Made by a program: the position numbers and the translations under genes. Below, in pieces: positions 10,526 to 20,563 of a stretch of 64,000 nt of DNA. The DNA is from Waterburya sp. (lineage in GTDB: Bacteria; Cyanobacteriota; Cyanobacteriia; Cyanobacteriales; Xenococcaceae): the NCBI GenBank assembly GCA_965217895.1, contig CBDCJV010000002.1:1792001-1856000 (forward strand). Reading direction: 5' to 3'. How positions within the stretch are numbered: the stretch's first letter is position 1; the number at the start of each line of letters is the position of its first letter. The notes under the pieces were generated by a model. It did not search any database, was not told where the DNA came from, and saw only the letters and a program-made list of their open reading frames with translations.

Positions 10526-11644
10526 ATGAACTCAGGAATCGATTTACAAGGAAGTTTTGTTCAAACTCTACAAGATTTTGGTCTTTCGGCTGGTTTAGCT
10601 AAAGCTGTTTGGCTACCTTTGCCTATGATCTTAATGATAATCGGCGCAACAGTGGGAGTTTTGGTAGTTGTCTGGCTTGAACGAAAAATCTCTGCTGCTG
10701 CCCAGCAAAGAATAGGACCTGAATATGCAGGACCTTTAGGAGTATTACAACCAGTCGCCGACGGAATTAAATTAGTTTTTAAAGAAGATGTTATTCCTGC
10801 TAAAGCCGACCCTTGGTTATTTACCATAGGACCAATATTAGTAGTTATTCCCGTGTTTTTGTCCTATCTTATTGTTCCTTTTGGACAAAACCTAGTGGTT
10901 ACAGATCTAAATGTGGGTATTTTTATCTGGATTTCTTTATCTAGTATTGCCCCGATTGGCTTATTGATGGCTGGTTATGCTTCCAACAACAAGTATTCAC
11001 TATTAGGGGGCTTGAGAGCAGCAGCACAGTCAATTAGCTATGAAATTCCTTTAGCTTTATCCGTACTAGCGATCGTTATGATGTCTAATAGTCTTAGTAC
11101 AATAGATATTGTAAATCAGCAGGCAGGCTATGGTATTTTAGGCTGGAATATCTGGAGACAACCCGTAGGTTTTATTATCTTTTGGATTGCAGCCTTAGCT
11201 GAGTGTGAACGTCTACCTTTCGATTTACCCGAAGCAGAAGAAGAATTGGTTGCTGGATATCAAACCGAATATTCAGGCATGAAGTTTGCTCTCTTTTATC
11301 TAGGCTCTTACGTTAACTTGGTCTTATCCGCCTTGGTTTTTGCTGTTCTCTATTTAGGTGGGTGGGAATTTTTTATTCCTTTGGATCATCTAGCAGATTG
11401 GATTGGGGTTGCAGACACTACTCCCTGGCTACAGGTATTGACTGCTTCTTTGGGTATTATCATGACCTTAGTTAAAGCATACTTCCTAGTATTTATCGCC
11501 ATCTTGTTGCGCTGGACTGTACCTCGTGTGCGTATTGACCAATTATTAGACCTAGGTTGGAAATTTTTATTACCAGTTTCTCTTGCTAATCTCTTGATTA
11601 CTGCTGCTTTAAAATTGTCTTTTCCCGTAGCATTCGGTGGTTAG
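10526..11644 (+). CDS. ndhA: NDH-1 subunit 1
   Basis: [37 protein letters not shown]. Confidence 0.98.
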   Translation: MNSGIDLQGSFVQTLQDFGLSAGLAKAVWLPLPMILMIIGATVGVLVVVWLERKISAAAQQRIGPEYAGPLGVLQPVADGIKLVFKEDVIPAKADPWLFTIGPILVVIPVFLSYLIVPFGQNLVVTDLNVGIFIWISLSSIAPIGLLMAGYASNNKYSLLGGLRAAAQSISYEIPLALSVLAIVMMSNSLSTIDIVNQQAGYGILGWNIWRQPVGFIIFWIAALAECERLPFDLPEAEEELVAGYQTEYSGMKFALFYLGSYVNLVLSALVFAVLYLGGWEFFIPLDHLADWIGVADTTPWLQVLTASLGIIMTLVKAYFLVFIAILLRWTVPRVRIDQLLDLGWKFLLPVSLANLLITAALKLSFPVAFGG

Positions 11645-11682
11645 TTAAACTAAAAATAATGGAGTAAAGCCAGCTAAAAATT

Positions 11683-12300
11683 ATGTTTAAAGTTCTCAAG
11701 CAAGTACAGGATTACGCCAATGAAAGTTGGCAAGCAGCAAAGTATATTGGTCAAGGTCTTTCTGTTACTTTCGACCATATGCAGCGTCGTCCCGTTACAG
11801 TTCAGTACCCTTACGAAAAATTAGTCCCTTCCGAACGCTATCGCGGTAGAATTCACTTTGAATTTGATAAATGTATTGCCTGTGAGGTTTGCGTTCGTGT
11901 CTGTCCGATCAACCTTCCTGTAGTTGATTGGGAGTTTGATAAAAAAGCCAAGAAGAAAAAGCTCGATCACTACAGCATTGACTTTGGGGTATGTATTTTC
12001 TGCGGTAACTGCGTCGAATACTGCCCTACTAACTGTCTTTCTATGACCGAAGAGTATGAACTAGCATCCTACGATCGCCACGAGCTTAACTATGATAATG
12101 TTGCTTTAGGACGATTGCCCTATAAAGTCACTCAAGATCCGATGGTAACTCCTCTTAAAGAGTTCGCTTACCTACCAAAAGGCGAAGTTGACCCTCATGG
12201 TTTACCTAAAGGAGCGCAACGGGCTGGCAAACGCCCAGATGAGATTTTGGCAGAAATTAAAGCAGCCAAACCTAAAGAAGAAGCAAAAACTGATAGCTAA
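11683..12300 (+). CDS. ndhI: NDH-1 subunit I (2x4Fe-4S)
   Basis: [12 protein letters not shown] and [12 protein letters not shown]. Confidence 0.98.
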   Translation: MFKVLKQVQDYANESWQAAKYIGQGLSVTFDHMQRRPVTVQYPYEKLVPSERYRGRIHFEFDKCIACEVCVRVCPINLPVVDWEFDKKAKKKKLDHYSIDFGVCIFCGNCVEYCPTNCLSMTEEYELASYDRHELNYDNVALGRLPYKVTQDPMVTPLKEFAYLPKGEVDPHGLPKGAQRAGKRPDEILAEIKAAKPKEEAKTDS

Positions 12301-12367
12301 TAGCTGATAGCTACCTTAACCAAGGTTATTCAACACAATCATTTAACTTAAAAAAGAGGAGAAAAAA

Positions 12368-12985
12368 GTGAATTTAGCTGAAGGAGTGCAGATAGTTTCT
12401 TTTGGCATCTTGGCAGTAATGATGATCGGGACAGCTTTAGGAGTTGTTCTTTTGCCCAAAATTGTTCATTCTGCTTTTTTGCTGGCTGGGGTGTTTATTA
12501 GCATTGCTGGTTTATATATCCTGCTAAATGCCGATTTTGTAGCTGCTGCTCAAATTTTGGTTTATGTAGGCGCGGTAAACGTTTTAATCTTGTTCGCTAT
12601 CATGCTAGTAAATAAACAAGAAGACTATGCCGAACTTCCTGGTCGTTTAATTCGTAAAATAGCCACAGCCGTAGTTTGCTTTGGCTTGTTTGCGCTTTTG
12701 GGAACAATGGTTTTGGTAACTCCTTGGTCATTAGATACTACTTCTCCACCCGTAACGGATACGGTTGTAGCTTTAGGTGAGCATTTCTTTAGTGATTATT
12801 TGTTGCCTTTTGAGCTTGCTTCAGTCTTGTTGTTGATGGCTATGGTGGGGGCAATTATCCTGGCTCGTCGTGACTTAATTCCTGAATCTTTGGTAACAAA
12901 AGAAAGTATAACAACTAGCTTGACCTTACCTGAGCGTCCCCGTGAATTGGCTACCCTTAGTGGCGATCGCAACAAACAAAAATAA
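12368..12985 (+). CDS. ndhG: NDH-1 subunit 6
   Basis: AQILVYVGAVNVLILFAIML; PFELASVLLL; operon position. Confidence 0.97.
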   Translation: MNLAEGVQIVSFGILAVMMIGTALGVVLLPKIVHSAFLLAGVFISIAGLYILLNADFVAAAQILVYVGAVNVLILFAIMLVNKQEDYAELPGRLIRKIATAVVCFGLFALLGTMVLVTPWSLDTTSPPVTDTVVALGEHFFSDYLLPFELASVLLLMAMVGAIILARRDLIPESLVTKESITTSLTLPERPRELATLSGDRNKQK

Positions 12986-13084
12986 TACTCTCAATCATTT
13001 ATTAAGAAGATGCGAACAGCCGTTAGTCCGTACATCAATAATCAGTTCCATCTTCATGGGATAACATAATTAGTAATTAAAGCA

Positions 13085-13390
13085 ATGCAGTTAGAATATT
13101 TTTTGGGACTGGCAGCAGCCTTGTTTTGTATAGGCATTTATGGTTTGATTACCAGCCGTAATGCGGTAAGAGTTTTGATGTCAATTGAATTAATGCTTAA
13201 TGCCGTTAATCTAAATTTAGTGGGATTCTCTAACTATTTAGACCCCAGCAACATTAAAGGTCAGGTATTTTCAGTATTTGTCATCACGGTAGCAGCAGCA
13301 GAAGCTGCGGTTGGCTTGGCAATTGTGCTGGCTATTTATCGCAATCGTGATACGATCGACATGGAGCAATTTAATTTGCTTAAATGGTAG
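13085..13390 (+). CDS. ndhE: NDH-1 subunit 4L
   Basis: [30 protein letters not shown]. Confidence 0.97.
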   Translation: MQLEYFLGLAAALFCIGIYGLITSRNAVRVLMSIELMLNAVNLNLVGFSNYLDPSNIKGQVFSVFVITVAAAEAAVGLAIVLAIYRNRDTIDMEQFNLLKW

Positions 13391-13583
13391 TTTTTAAAGC
13401 TTTTTCTTGTCAGAAATTGCTCCGCCACGTCCGATATGAACGCCTGGGATTTCGCCAGGCGATACGGACTCATAAACGGACTGGTCTATCTTTGACATAG
13501 AATAGAGTTAGAATTAGTTGAAGTGCTATTATTTTTTCATGAAGACCTATTTGTTCAAAATAGTTTTTCTGTTAATTTGATTG

Positions 13584-13656
13584 GGGCGCGTGGCTCAGTG
13601 GATAGAGCAACAGGTTCCGGTCCTGTAGGTCAGAGGTTCGAGTCCTCTCGCGCTCA
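13584..13656 (+). tRNA. tRNA-Arg(CCG); CCA not encoded
   Basis: Cloverleaf: GGGCGCG/CGCGCTC acceptor stem, anticodon arm ACAGG-TTCCGGT-CCTGT, T arm AGAGG-TTCGAGT-CCTCT. Confidence 0.97.
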
Positions 13657-13820
13657 TTAAGTAAAAGCAATATACCAAAAGGGTTGTAGAGAAGGTACTG
13701 TTTTTTGCAACTCTTTCTTTTCAGGGCTTGATACCAGTTAAAATTTGTCTGGATATTTTGGTAGGATTGAAACTTATATTTACTAAAAAACTAATGTTCA
13801 ATCAGTTCGGGGCATTGCAG

Positions 13821-13990
13821 TTATACTAAATCCGATTTACAACACGGGAGTGGAATATGCTTTTTAACCAAAAGCATTTCCTCCCGTCAAAACCTACTTT
13901 TAAATTAGAAATTCAGAACGGGATTAAAACCATCTGGCATCTGCCTTCACACAACTTTTAAATGATGTATTTCAATAGGATTTGGTATTA
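13821..13990. mobile_element. MITE-like element with imperfect ATACCAAATCC-type terminal inverted repeats
   Basis: Left end TTATACTAAATCCGATT; right end reverse complement TAATACCAAATCCTATT; no ORF inside. Confidence 0.5.
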
Positions 13991-15289
13991 TTACTGACCA
14001 CCACTGCTAACAAAAAAAGTAGCAATAATCCCCCCAGCCAGCCAAATATAAGATAAGATAGCTAGCCAATACAGTAGCGTTTCAGTAAATCCTTGTTTGC
14101 CTCCACCAGGATCGTGTCCACTATGACCTTCGTGTTCTTGATGTTCTTGATGCTGATGTTGCTGGTGCTGTTTTTTTTGCTTTTTACCACTTCCAAAACG
14201 CAACCATGCTAGGACTCCTGTAGCTGCTAAAAATATCAAATTAAGCCAGAAGGTATAGTCGATCGCAAAACGTTCGGTTGACTGAGGGCTGTTACCTGCT
14301 GCACTTTTGGGTAAAACACCAAACAAAGAAAAGCCATAGTGCATCAAAATTGCCGTTGCTACCAAGGCTGCAAAAAATACACCTACAATATATAAAGCAA
14401 CCTTCCAACCATAATATTTAGCATTGACGCGAATTACGGGGAACACGACCAAATCGCTAAAAATAAAAGCCATTACCCCTGCAAAGCTAACGCCGTTGTT
14501 AAATAGAATTGCAGCCAGGGGGATATTACCCATCGAACCAATAAAGGTAAAAAAGGCTGCTATTGGTCCGACGACTGCATTTTCTAAAACGGCAAAAAAG
14601 CTAGGATTTTGCGTACCCGCACCTATAAATAGAGTCTGGAAAAAAGAACGAGGTACAAATGCCGCAATAACCCCTGCTATAGTAAAGCCAAAGGTTACAT
14701 CTTTCCAGACCATACCCCATTCCATAAAGTATTTTTTGGCTACCTGTTGCCATCCCTTTTTGCTGGTAATTTTGTCTTTCCAGTCAGGGGCGTTTTTGTC
14801 CTGTTTGTTTTCTCCTTCTTGTTCGTTTAAGCGTCTTCTAGCTTTTCTGATTAACTCTTTAGGACGAGTGTAGTTAACAATTAGCCAGGTAAAAAGGATT
14901 AAGAAAATTCCACCGAGATATTCACCGACGACAAATTGCCAGCCTAAGAAGATAGCGATAATAAAGCCAAGTTCGATTACGAGATTGGTTGAAGCTAATA
15001 AAAAAGCCAGAGAAGGAACAAATCCCGCACCTTTTTTGAATAAAGATTTGGTGGTAGATAAAGCTGCAAAGCTACAGGAACTAGAGAGAAAACCAAAGAA
15101 AGTGCCGATCGCAATACTTTTTTTGCCCGCTTTTCCCATAGTTTTCTGCATTCGTTCGCGAGTAACAAATACCTGGATCGCACTACTGATAATATAGCCC
15201 ACAACAAATGCCCATAACGCCTTCCAAAAGAAGCTTAGGGAGGTTAATACAGCATCACTATATAGTTGCCAAAAATTAGCGTCATTCAT
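13991..15289 (-). CDS. UPF0718/ArsP-like permease with a His-rich loop; probable metal transporter
   Basis: SSSCSFAA, LASTNLVIELG, FIGSMGNIPLA motifs; HQQHQHQEHQEHEGHSGH. Confidence 0.8.
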   Translation of the reverse strand: MNDANFWQLYSDAVLTSLSFFWKALWAFVVGYIISSAIQVFVTRERMQKTMGKAGKKSIAIGTFFGFLSSSCSFAALSTTKSLFKKGAGFVPSLAFLLASTNLVIELGFIIAIFLGWQFVVGEYLGGIFLILFTWLIVNYTRPKELIRKARRRLNEQEGENKQDKNAPDWKDKITSKKGWQQVAKKYFMEWGMVWKDVTFGFTIAGVIAAFVPRSFFQTLFIGAGTQNPSFFAVLENAVVGPIAAFFTFIGSMGNIPLAAILFNNGVSFAGVMAFIFSDLVVFPVIRVNAKYYGWKVALYIVGVFFAALVATAILMHYGFSLFGVLPKSAAGNSPQSTERFAIDYTFWLNLIFLAATGVLAWLRFGSGKKQKKQHQQHQHQEHQEHEGHSGHDPGGGKQGFTETLLYWLAILSYIWLAGGIIATFFVSSGGQ

Positions 15290-15571
15290 GTTTAGTTAGT
15301 CTTTAAAATAATCGAGTAAAACTTTAAGTCAGCGTTATATCGCTGTTCTACAGCAATGTCTACGTTGGACGCATTTGGTAATAACAATACACCCTACCAA
15401 GAAGAGTTTTATTAAGCCTGTTCAAAGCATAATGAATAGCTCAAGTCGTGTATTTCACTTTTCCGTTTGGAAACATCGCGACCCTTTGCCTATCTTCAAC
15501 ATAAAGTCAATTAATGTTTTACTCATCTATCAAATGAAATAGTCTAAAAATCTATCTAAAAGCCAGTCGAT

Positions 15572-15593
15572 ATTTCATCCTGATTTCATTTTT
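15572..15593. promoter_or_regulatory. TTTCAT direct-repeat box of the CopR/NrsR OmpR-subfamily type
   Basis: ATTTCATCCTGATTTCATTTTT, identical to the reverse complement of 59858-59879. Confidence 0.65.
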
Positions 15594-15709
15594 ATCTGAT
15601 AAGTGCCATTTAGTTTGGTAAAGTTAATTAGCCTTTTTGAATCTGGTTGTTTGTGCTTTAAGGTTTATAAATTGAGATTAGATACACAAATTATCATGTA
15701 AGAATAAAC

Positions 15710-15925
15710 TCAGCCAAGACCCATATTTCCTAAAATAATTTCTTGAAATTCAATTAGATTATTATCGCGATCGCGATAATAAGTAGACTTATGACCTTGA
15801 TTGGGAAATGAGCAAATTTTATTTACTAATTCAACGCCTTTCTCCTTCAAATACTCGCAGGTTTCATCCAAATTTTTAACTTTTAGAGTCAAAACTACGG
15901 TGTCATCATTGTCTGCAAAAGTCAT
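15710..15925 (-). pseudogene. C-terminal half of a VOC/glyoxalase-family protein
   Basis: LKVKNLDETCEYLKEKGV...YYRDRDNNLIEF; no N-terminal module visible upstream. Confidence 0.55.
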
Positions 15926-15980
15926 AAACTCTGAACCGCCCTATCCCTACCTAAGTCTCTCGCTACTAATGATAAATGGT

Positions 15981-16076
15981 ATGAGTTTGTCCAAATGACC
16001 ATTCTGTTCTGTCTGTACTCAATATCCAAGGTTGCGGTATATCCATGATGCTGATTATTGTTCTGGCAATTACTGT
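15981..16076 (-). mobile_element. Internal fragment of an IS4-family transposase
   Basis: Manual translation TVIARTIISIMDIPQPWILSTDRTEWSFGQTH matches the recalled IPQPW.LS.DRT.W.FG motif of cyanobacterial IS4 transposases; begins at a HIP1-like GCGATCGAC. Confidence 0.6.
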
Positions 16077-16083
16077 CGATCGC

Positions 16084-17061
16084 TTATCGAGTTTGAAAGA
16101 TATTCTGTACCATTGGCTTGTCTATTTGGGCTGCTGCACGATCTAATTCTGCTACTTCTCCTGCGTCTAGTTGCCAGTCTTTAGCAGCAATATTTTCTTG
16201 CGCCTGTTGAATATTTTTTGCCCCAGGAATGGGAATTGCACCTTTAGCGATGCACCAGTTGATCGATACTTGAGACATGGTTTTCTGGCGGTATAAAGCG
16301 ATCGCCCGAACACAGTCTAAGAGTGGTTTGGCTTCGGGAACTAGTCTTTTAAACAGTAATCCCCGCAAGCCTTTGGGATAGGTTTCAGGGTCAGTATATT
16401 TACCTGTTAAGATACCCAGACACAAAGGACTATAGGCAATTAACTTAATACCTAATTCATCACAGGCAGCTTTGATATCTAGTTCCGTTACAGGATAAGT
16501 TGAAAGCAGGGAGTACTGCACCTGTAAAGTTGCAATAGGAATATTACGGCTACTAAATTTCTCAGCTACTTTTTTCAATCTCTTTGTTCCATAGTTAGAC
16601 AGTCCCACCCCTTTAATCAATCCCTGTTCGTATAAATCAGCCAAGCCGTCTAAAAGCTGCCATTCTTGCCAAGGAAAGTAATTAGCCGTTGACCAGTGCA
16701 TCTGTGCCAAATCCACCCTACCCATACGTTGTATTGAAGCTTTCCCCGCAGCCACCATCGAACCTCTAGTTAATCGCCAGGGATATGCCGCCAACTTAGT
16801 CGCCAGACAGATATCATTTTTATTCACCCCTGAATATTCCTGTGCAAATTTCCCTAGTAGCTTTTCACTCTGACCATTAAACTTACCCGTACCGTAAGAA
16901 TCCCCAGTGTCAAACAAAGTTACGTTACTAGCAACGCAGAGATTAAATACCTCCTGTAACTGGCTATCCATACTTTCGTCATAACCCCACAGCAGGCGGT
17001 TTCCCCACGCCCAAGTCCCGCAACCCATTGGCGGAAAAATCAGCTTTTTAGTAGTTGACAT
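16084..17061 (-). CDS. Aldo/keto reductase
   Basis: GTWAWG, FDTGDSYG, LATK, GLSNY, AYSPL, PIPGAKN. Confidence 0.93.
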   Translation of the reverse strand: MSTTKKLIFPPMGCGTWAWGNRLLWGYDESMDSQLQEVFNLCVASNVTLFDTGDSYGTGKFNGQSEKLLGKFAQEYSGVNKNDICLATKLAAYPWRLTRGSMVAAGKASIQRMGRVDLAQMHWSTANYFPWQEWQLLDGLADLYEQGLIKGVGLSNYGTKRLKKVAEKFSSRNIPIATLQVQYSLLSTYPVTELDIKAACDELGIKLIAYSPLCLGILTGKYTDPETYPKGLRGLLFKRLVPEAKPLLDCVRAIALYRQKTMSQVSINWCIAKGAIPIPGAKNIQQAQENIAAKDWQLDAGEVAELDRAAAQIDKPMVQNIFQTR

Positions 17062-17219
17062 AATAACTCTTTATTTTAATTTGATAGGATATAAAAATAA
17101 AATCGGCTAAAATTAGCGAAATAAGCCTAAGTTACCAGAAAAATATCAGTTATTTGCCAAAGTCTAAAACCTAATCAAAACAAATTTTATCCTGAGAATG
17201 CCTTGTATTAAATTGAAAA

Positions 17220-17807
17220 ATGCTAACTCAAAAATTACTATCTCATCGCTTTAGTTTAGAAGAATATCTGAATTTTTCTCAGGTAGATTCGGAAAAAACA
17301 TATGAATTAGAAAATGGACAGTTGCGAGAAATGCCACCTAAATCTTGGCAAAATACGAAAATAGCTATGTATTTGCTAGTGGAAATAGCAAAGGTTATAT
17401 CTTTTGAACGTATTTCTCTCAAAACCGAAATAATTACTAGTGGTAATCGAGTAAATGCCAGAATGCCTGACTTAGTTGTTTTATCTCCTGAAGGACTGTC
17501 TGAAATAGAACTGTACAAACGTGCTGTTGTGACTTTAGATATGCCTCCTCCAGTTTTGGTAGTCGAAGTGGTTTCTCCAGGAAAAGCCAATCGCGATCGC
17601 GATTACAGATACAAGCGTTCAGAGTATGCTGCAAGAGGAATTGAGCATTACTGGATTATAGATCCCCAAGAGCAAAAATTTGTTTGTTTGCAACTCCAAG
17701 ATGGTTTATATGAATCAGAAATTCATGATGTTGGTAGCAAGATGATTTGTTTTGACAGACCTTTCAAACTAAATATAGATTGTAGTCAAATATTTCCAGT
17801 GCAGTAA
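17220..17807 (+). CDS. Uma2-family (DUF820) endonuclease-like protein
   Basis: YELENG, RMPDL, VVEVVSPG, RDYRYKRSEYAARGIEHYWIIDP. Confidence 0.9.
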   Translation: MLTQKLLSHRFSLEEYLNFSQVDSEKTYELENGQLREMPPKSWQNTKIAMYLLVEIAKVISFERISLKTEIITSGNRVNARMPDLVVLSPEGLSEIELYKRAVVTLDMPPPVLVVEVVSPGKANRDRDYRYKRSEYAARGIEHYWIIDPQEQKFVCLQLQDGLYESEIHDVGSKMICFDRPFKLNIDCSQIFPVQ

Positions 17808-17841
17808 AAGGCATTGGTAATTTAATGTATTAGGTATAAGT

Positions 17842-19560
17842 ATGAACTCGCAACTCCCTTTAGGTTCAGTCATTCAAGGTTCTTTAACCAAAGGTTTAGA
17901 AGTAAGATTACACCCTGACGTATCAGTTGAAGATATGCGAGTCGGTAAATTCCTAGTAATTCAGGGAACTAGGTCACGTTTCTTTTGCCTGTTGACTGAT
18001 GTATCTCTTGGGTGTTCGAGCGATCGCATTATTGCCAATCCCCCGCCTATTGAAGATACTTTCTTACGGGATGTTTTAGCAGGAAGCGGTACTTATGGTA
18101 CTGTTGCTCTTTCGCCTATGCTGATGTTTACCCCCACAGCCACTAATAGCGATTTTCCTAGTCTACCTATAGATCCAGATAAGGATACAAGTTTGGGTTC
18201 GCTACAGGCACAAACTAGCATTGATATGGAACTGTTACCCGTTAAGACAATTCCTGCCCACTTTAGCCAAGTTTACGAAGCCACCGAACATGATTTCCGC
18301 AGTGTCTTTGGTTGGGAAGACGATCCTTTTCGTCGCAATTTTTCTATTGGTGAACCTTTAGATATGAATGTGCCTGTCTGTATCGATCTCGATCGCTTTG
18401 TAGAACGTAGTAATGGAATCTTCGGCAAATCTGGAACTGGTAAATCTTTTCTTACTCGTCTTTTGCTTTCTGGAGTGATTCGCAAGGATGCAGCAGTCAA
18501 TCTGATGTTTGATATGCACTCAGAATATGGCTGGGAAGCAATGAAAGAAGGAAAGCAGGTAAGCACCGTTAAAGGCTTGCGTCAGCTTTTCCCTGGGAAA
18601 GTAGAAATGTATACTCTTGACCCCGAATCTACCAAGCGCAGAGGCGTTAGGGATGCCCAGGAACTTTATCTCAGCTACGATCAAATTGAAATTGAAGACC
18701 TAAAGTTAGTCTCTTCCGAATTAGGTCTATCTGAAGCAGCAATGGACAACGCCAACATCTTATATAACGAATATGGTAAGTCTTGGATCATGCGCCTGGT
18801 AAACATGACCAACGAAGATATTAAAATGTTCTGCGAAGCCAAACAAGGACATCAAGGTTCAATTTCTTCTTTGCAGCGTAAATTGATGCGTCTCGATAGC
18901 CTAAAATATATTCGTTCAGCCTGTCCCCACAACTATATCGAACAATTGATTCAAGCTTTAGATGCAGGGAAAAATATCATCATCGAATTTGGTTCTCAGT
19001 CTAATATGCTGTCCTATATGCTGGCAACCAATATGATTACCCGTCGTATTCACTCTAGCTACGTCAAAAAAGCCGATCGCTTTTTACAAACCAAAAACCC
19101 CCTCGATAAACCCCGCCAGCTAGTAATTACCATTGAAGAAGCGCACCGTTTCCTCGATTCAAGTATTGTCCATCAAACCATCTTTGGCACGATCGCCCGT
19201 GAAATGCGCAAGTATTTTGTTACTCTTTTAGTGGTAGATCAGCGTCCTTCGGGAATTGATAATGAAGTCATGTCCCAAATTGGTACTCGTGTTACCTGCT
19301 TGCTTAATGACGAAAAAGATATTGAGGCGATCTTTACAGGGGTTTCTGGGGGAGCTAATTTAAAGTCAGTTTTAGCTAAACTAGACTCCAAACAACAAGC
19401 TTTAATCTTAGGTCATGCTGTACCGATGCCTGTAGTAGTGCGCACTAGGGCATACGATGCTCAATTCTACCGCGAGATTGGCTGCACTGACTGGGAAGAA
19501 ATGCCCAATGAAGAGGTGTATGCAGCAGCAGAAGTTGCCAAAGCAGATTTAGGTTTTTAA
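17842..19560 (+). CDS. HerA/DUF87-family ATPase with an N-terminal HAS barrel
   Basis: FGKSGTGKS, FDMHSEY, IEEAHRF, REMRKY, DQRPS. Confidence 0.88.
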   Translation: MNSQLPLGSVIQGSLTKGLEVRLHPDVSVEDMRVGKFLVIQGTRSRFFCLLTDVSLGCSSDRIIANPPPIEDTFLRDVLAGSGTYGTVALSPMLMFTPTATNSDFPSLPIDPDKDTSLGSLQAQTSIDMELLPVKTIPAHFSQVYEATEHDFRSVFGWEDDPFRRNFSIGEPLDMNVPVCIDLDRFVERSNGIFGKSGTGKSFLTRLLLSGVIRKDAAVNLMFDMHSEYGWEAMKEGKQVSTVKGLRQLFPGKVEMYTLDPESTKRRGVRDAQELYLSYDQIEIEDLKLVSSELGLSEAAMDNANILYNEYGKSWIMRLVNMTNEDIKMFCEAKQGHQGSISSLQRKLMRLDSLKYIRSACPHNYIEQLIQALDAGKNIIIEFGSQSNMLSYMLATNMITRRIHSSYVKKADRFLQTKNPLDKPRQLVITIEEAHRFLDSSIVHQTIFGTIAREMRKYFVTLLVVDQRPSGIDNEVMSQIGTRVTCLLNDEKDIEAIFTGVSGGANLKSVLAKLDSKQQALILGHAVPMPVVVRTRAYDAQFYREIGCTDWEEMPNEEVYAAAEVAKADLGF

Positions 19561-19613
19561 TCTGTGAAGATCACTTGCTTAAGCAGCTTAAAAATACTGC
19601 TCTCGAACTCTGA

Positions 19614-20396
19614 CTAAAGTAAAAATTGCAACAATAATGAACCAATACTGCCTATAAATTTACCTATGTTACCCATTCCTCCTTCTTGCTGAGTTGCATT
19701 ATCTTCTGCTTCCTGAATTAAAGCCATTTTTTGCTGAAAATCCACAGCAGTTTTGTAGCCTAGTTGATGTTCTTGCTTTTTAAATAACTTAGCTGCGATC
19801 GCCGTATTTTTTTTAGCTTCTGCTCTTCGATCAAAGTTATATTCAATAATGGCTAATCCCAGGTAAGATGGAGCTAATTCAGGATCTATTTTAATTGCTT
19901 TACGGTAATTAGCGATCGCAGCATTATAATTTCCCCGCGCGGCTTCTTTGACTCCCCAACGGTGAAACTGTTCTGCCGATGCAGCCGTCTCAGATAAACC
20001 TTTAATTCCTTCTAAGTGAGCAGAATCAAGGTCAACTTCGGTCAAATTAGTGTTGCCTACATAAGCATTCCTAAGATCCGTACCAGCTAAATTTGCACCC
20101 GTTAAATTTGCCCCCGTTAGATTTGCTCCATTCAGGGATGCGCCTGTTAAATTTGCGCCCGTTAAATTTGCGCCTGCTAGATTTGCCTGACTCAAATTTG
20201 CCCCCGTAAGATCCGCCTGAAGCAAGTCAGCCCCCTTCAAATCTGCCTGTACTAATCCAGAGCTATTTAGGTCACATTGAGAACACTTTTTAGTACTTAA
20301 AAGTTGATTTAAATCAGTTAAACTTTCAGCTTGAGCAGGTAAAGATAAAGCAACAGTAGCTGAGGTAATGATTACAGATAGTAATTGAGATTTCAT
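19614..20396 (-). CDS. Secreted pentapeptide-repeat protein with a TPR
   Basis: Signal peptide, CSQCDL, tandem ANLTG repeats, TPR-like NYNAAIANYRKAIKIDP. Confidence 0.88.
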   Translation of the reverse strand: MKSQLLSVIITSATVALSLPAQAESLTDLNQLLSTKKCSQCDLNSSGLVQADLKGADLLQADLTGANLSQANLAGANLTGANLTGASLNGANLTGANLTGANLAGTDLRNAYVGNTNLTEVDLDSAHLEGIKGLSETAASAEQFHRWGVKEAARGNYNAAIANYRKAIKIDPELAPSYLGLAIIEYNFDRRAEAKKNTAIAAKLFKKQEHQLGYKTAVDFQQKMALIQEAEDNATQQEGGMGNIGKFIGSIGSLLLQFLL

Positions 20397-20563
20397 AGAT
20401 TTTAAAATAAAGCGTTAAGATTCCGCCATTTTAGCCTCTATAAATTTCAAATGTAGAATACTAGTAGACATGAGCGTAAGTGAAGACACCATTTAGTTGA
20501 CCTCAAACCTTGACTATATCTAACTTGCTATCTGCACACGCTCCAGAACGCGCTACTTGCTAC

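Noticed and set aside
17220..19560. Uma2 nuclease plus HerA ATPase as a nuclease-HerA antiphage system
   Set aside because: This HerA looks like the conserved cyanobacterial housekeeping type, and Uma2 genes are scattered in many copies in cyanobacteria; adjacency alone is weak evidence
20090..20250. 15-bp tandem repeats
   Set aside because: Explained by pentapeptide-repeat coding
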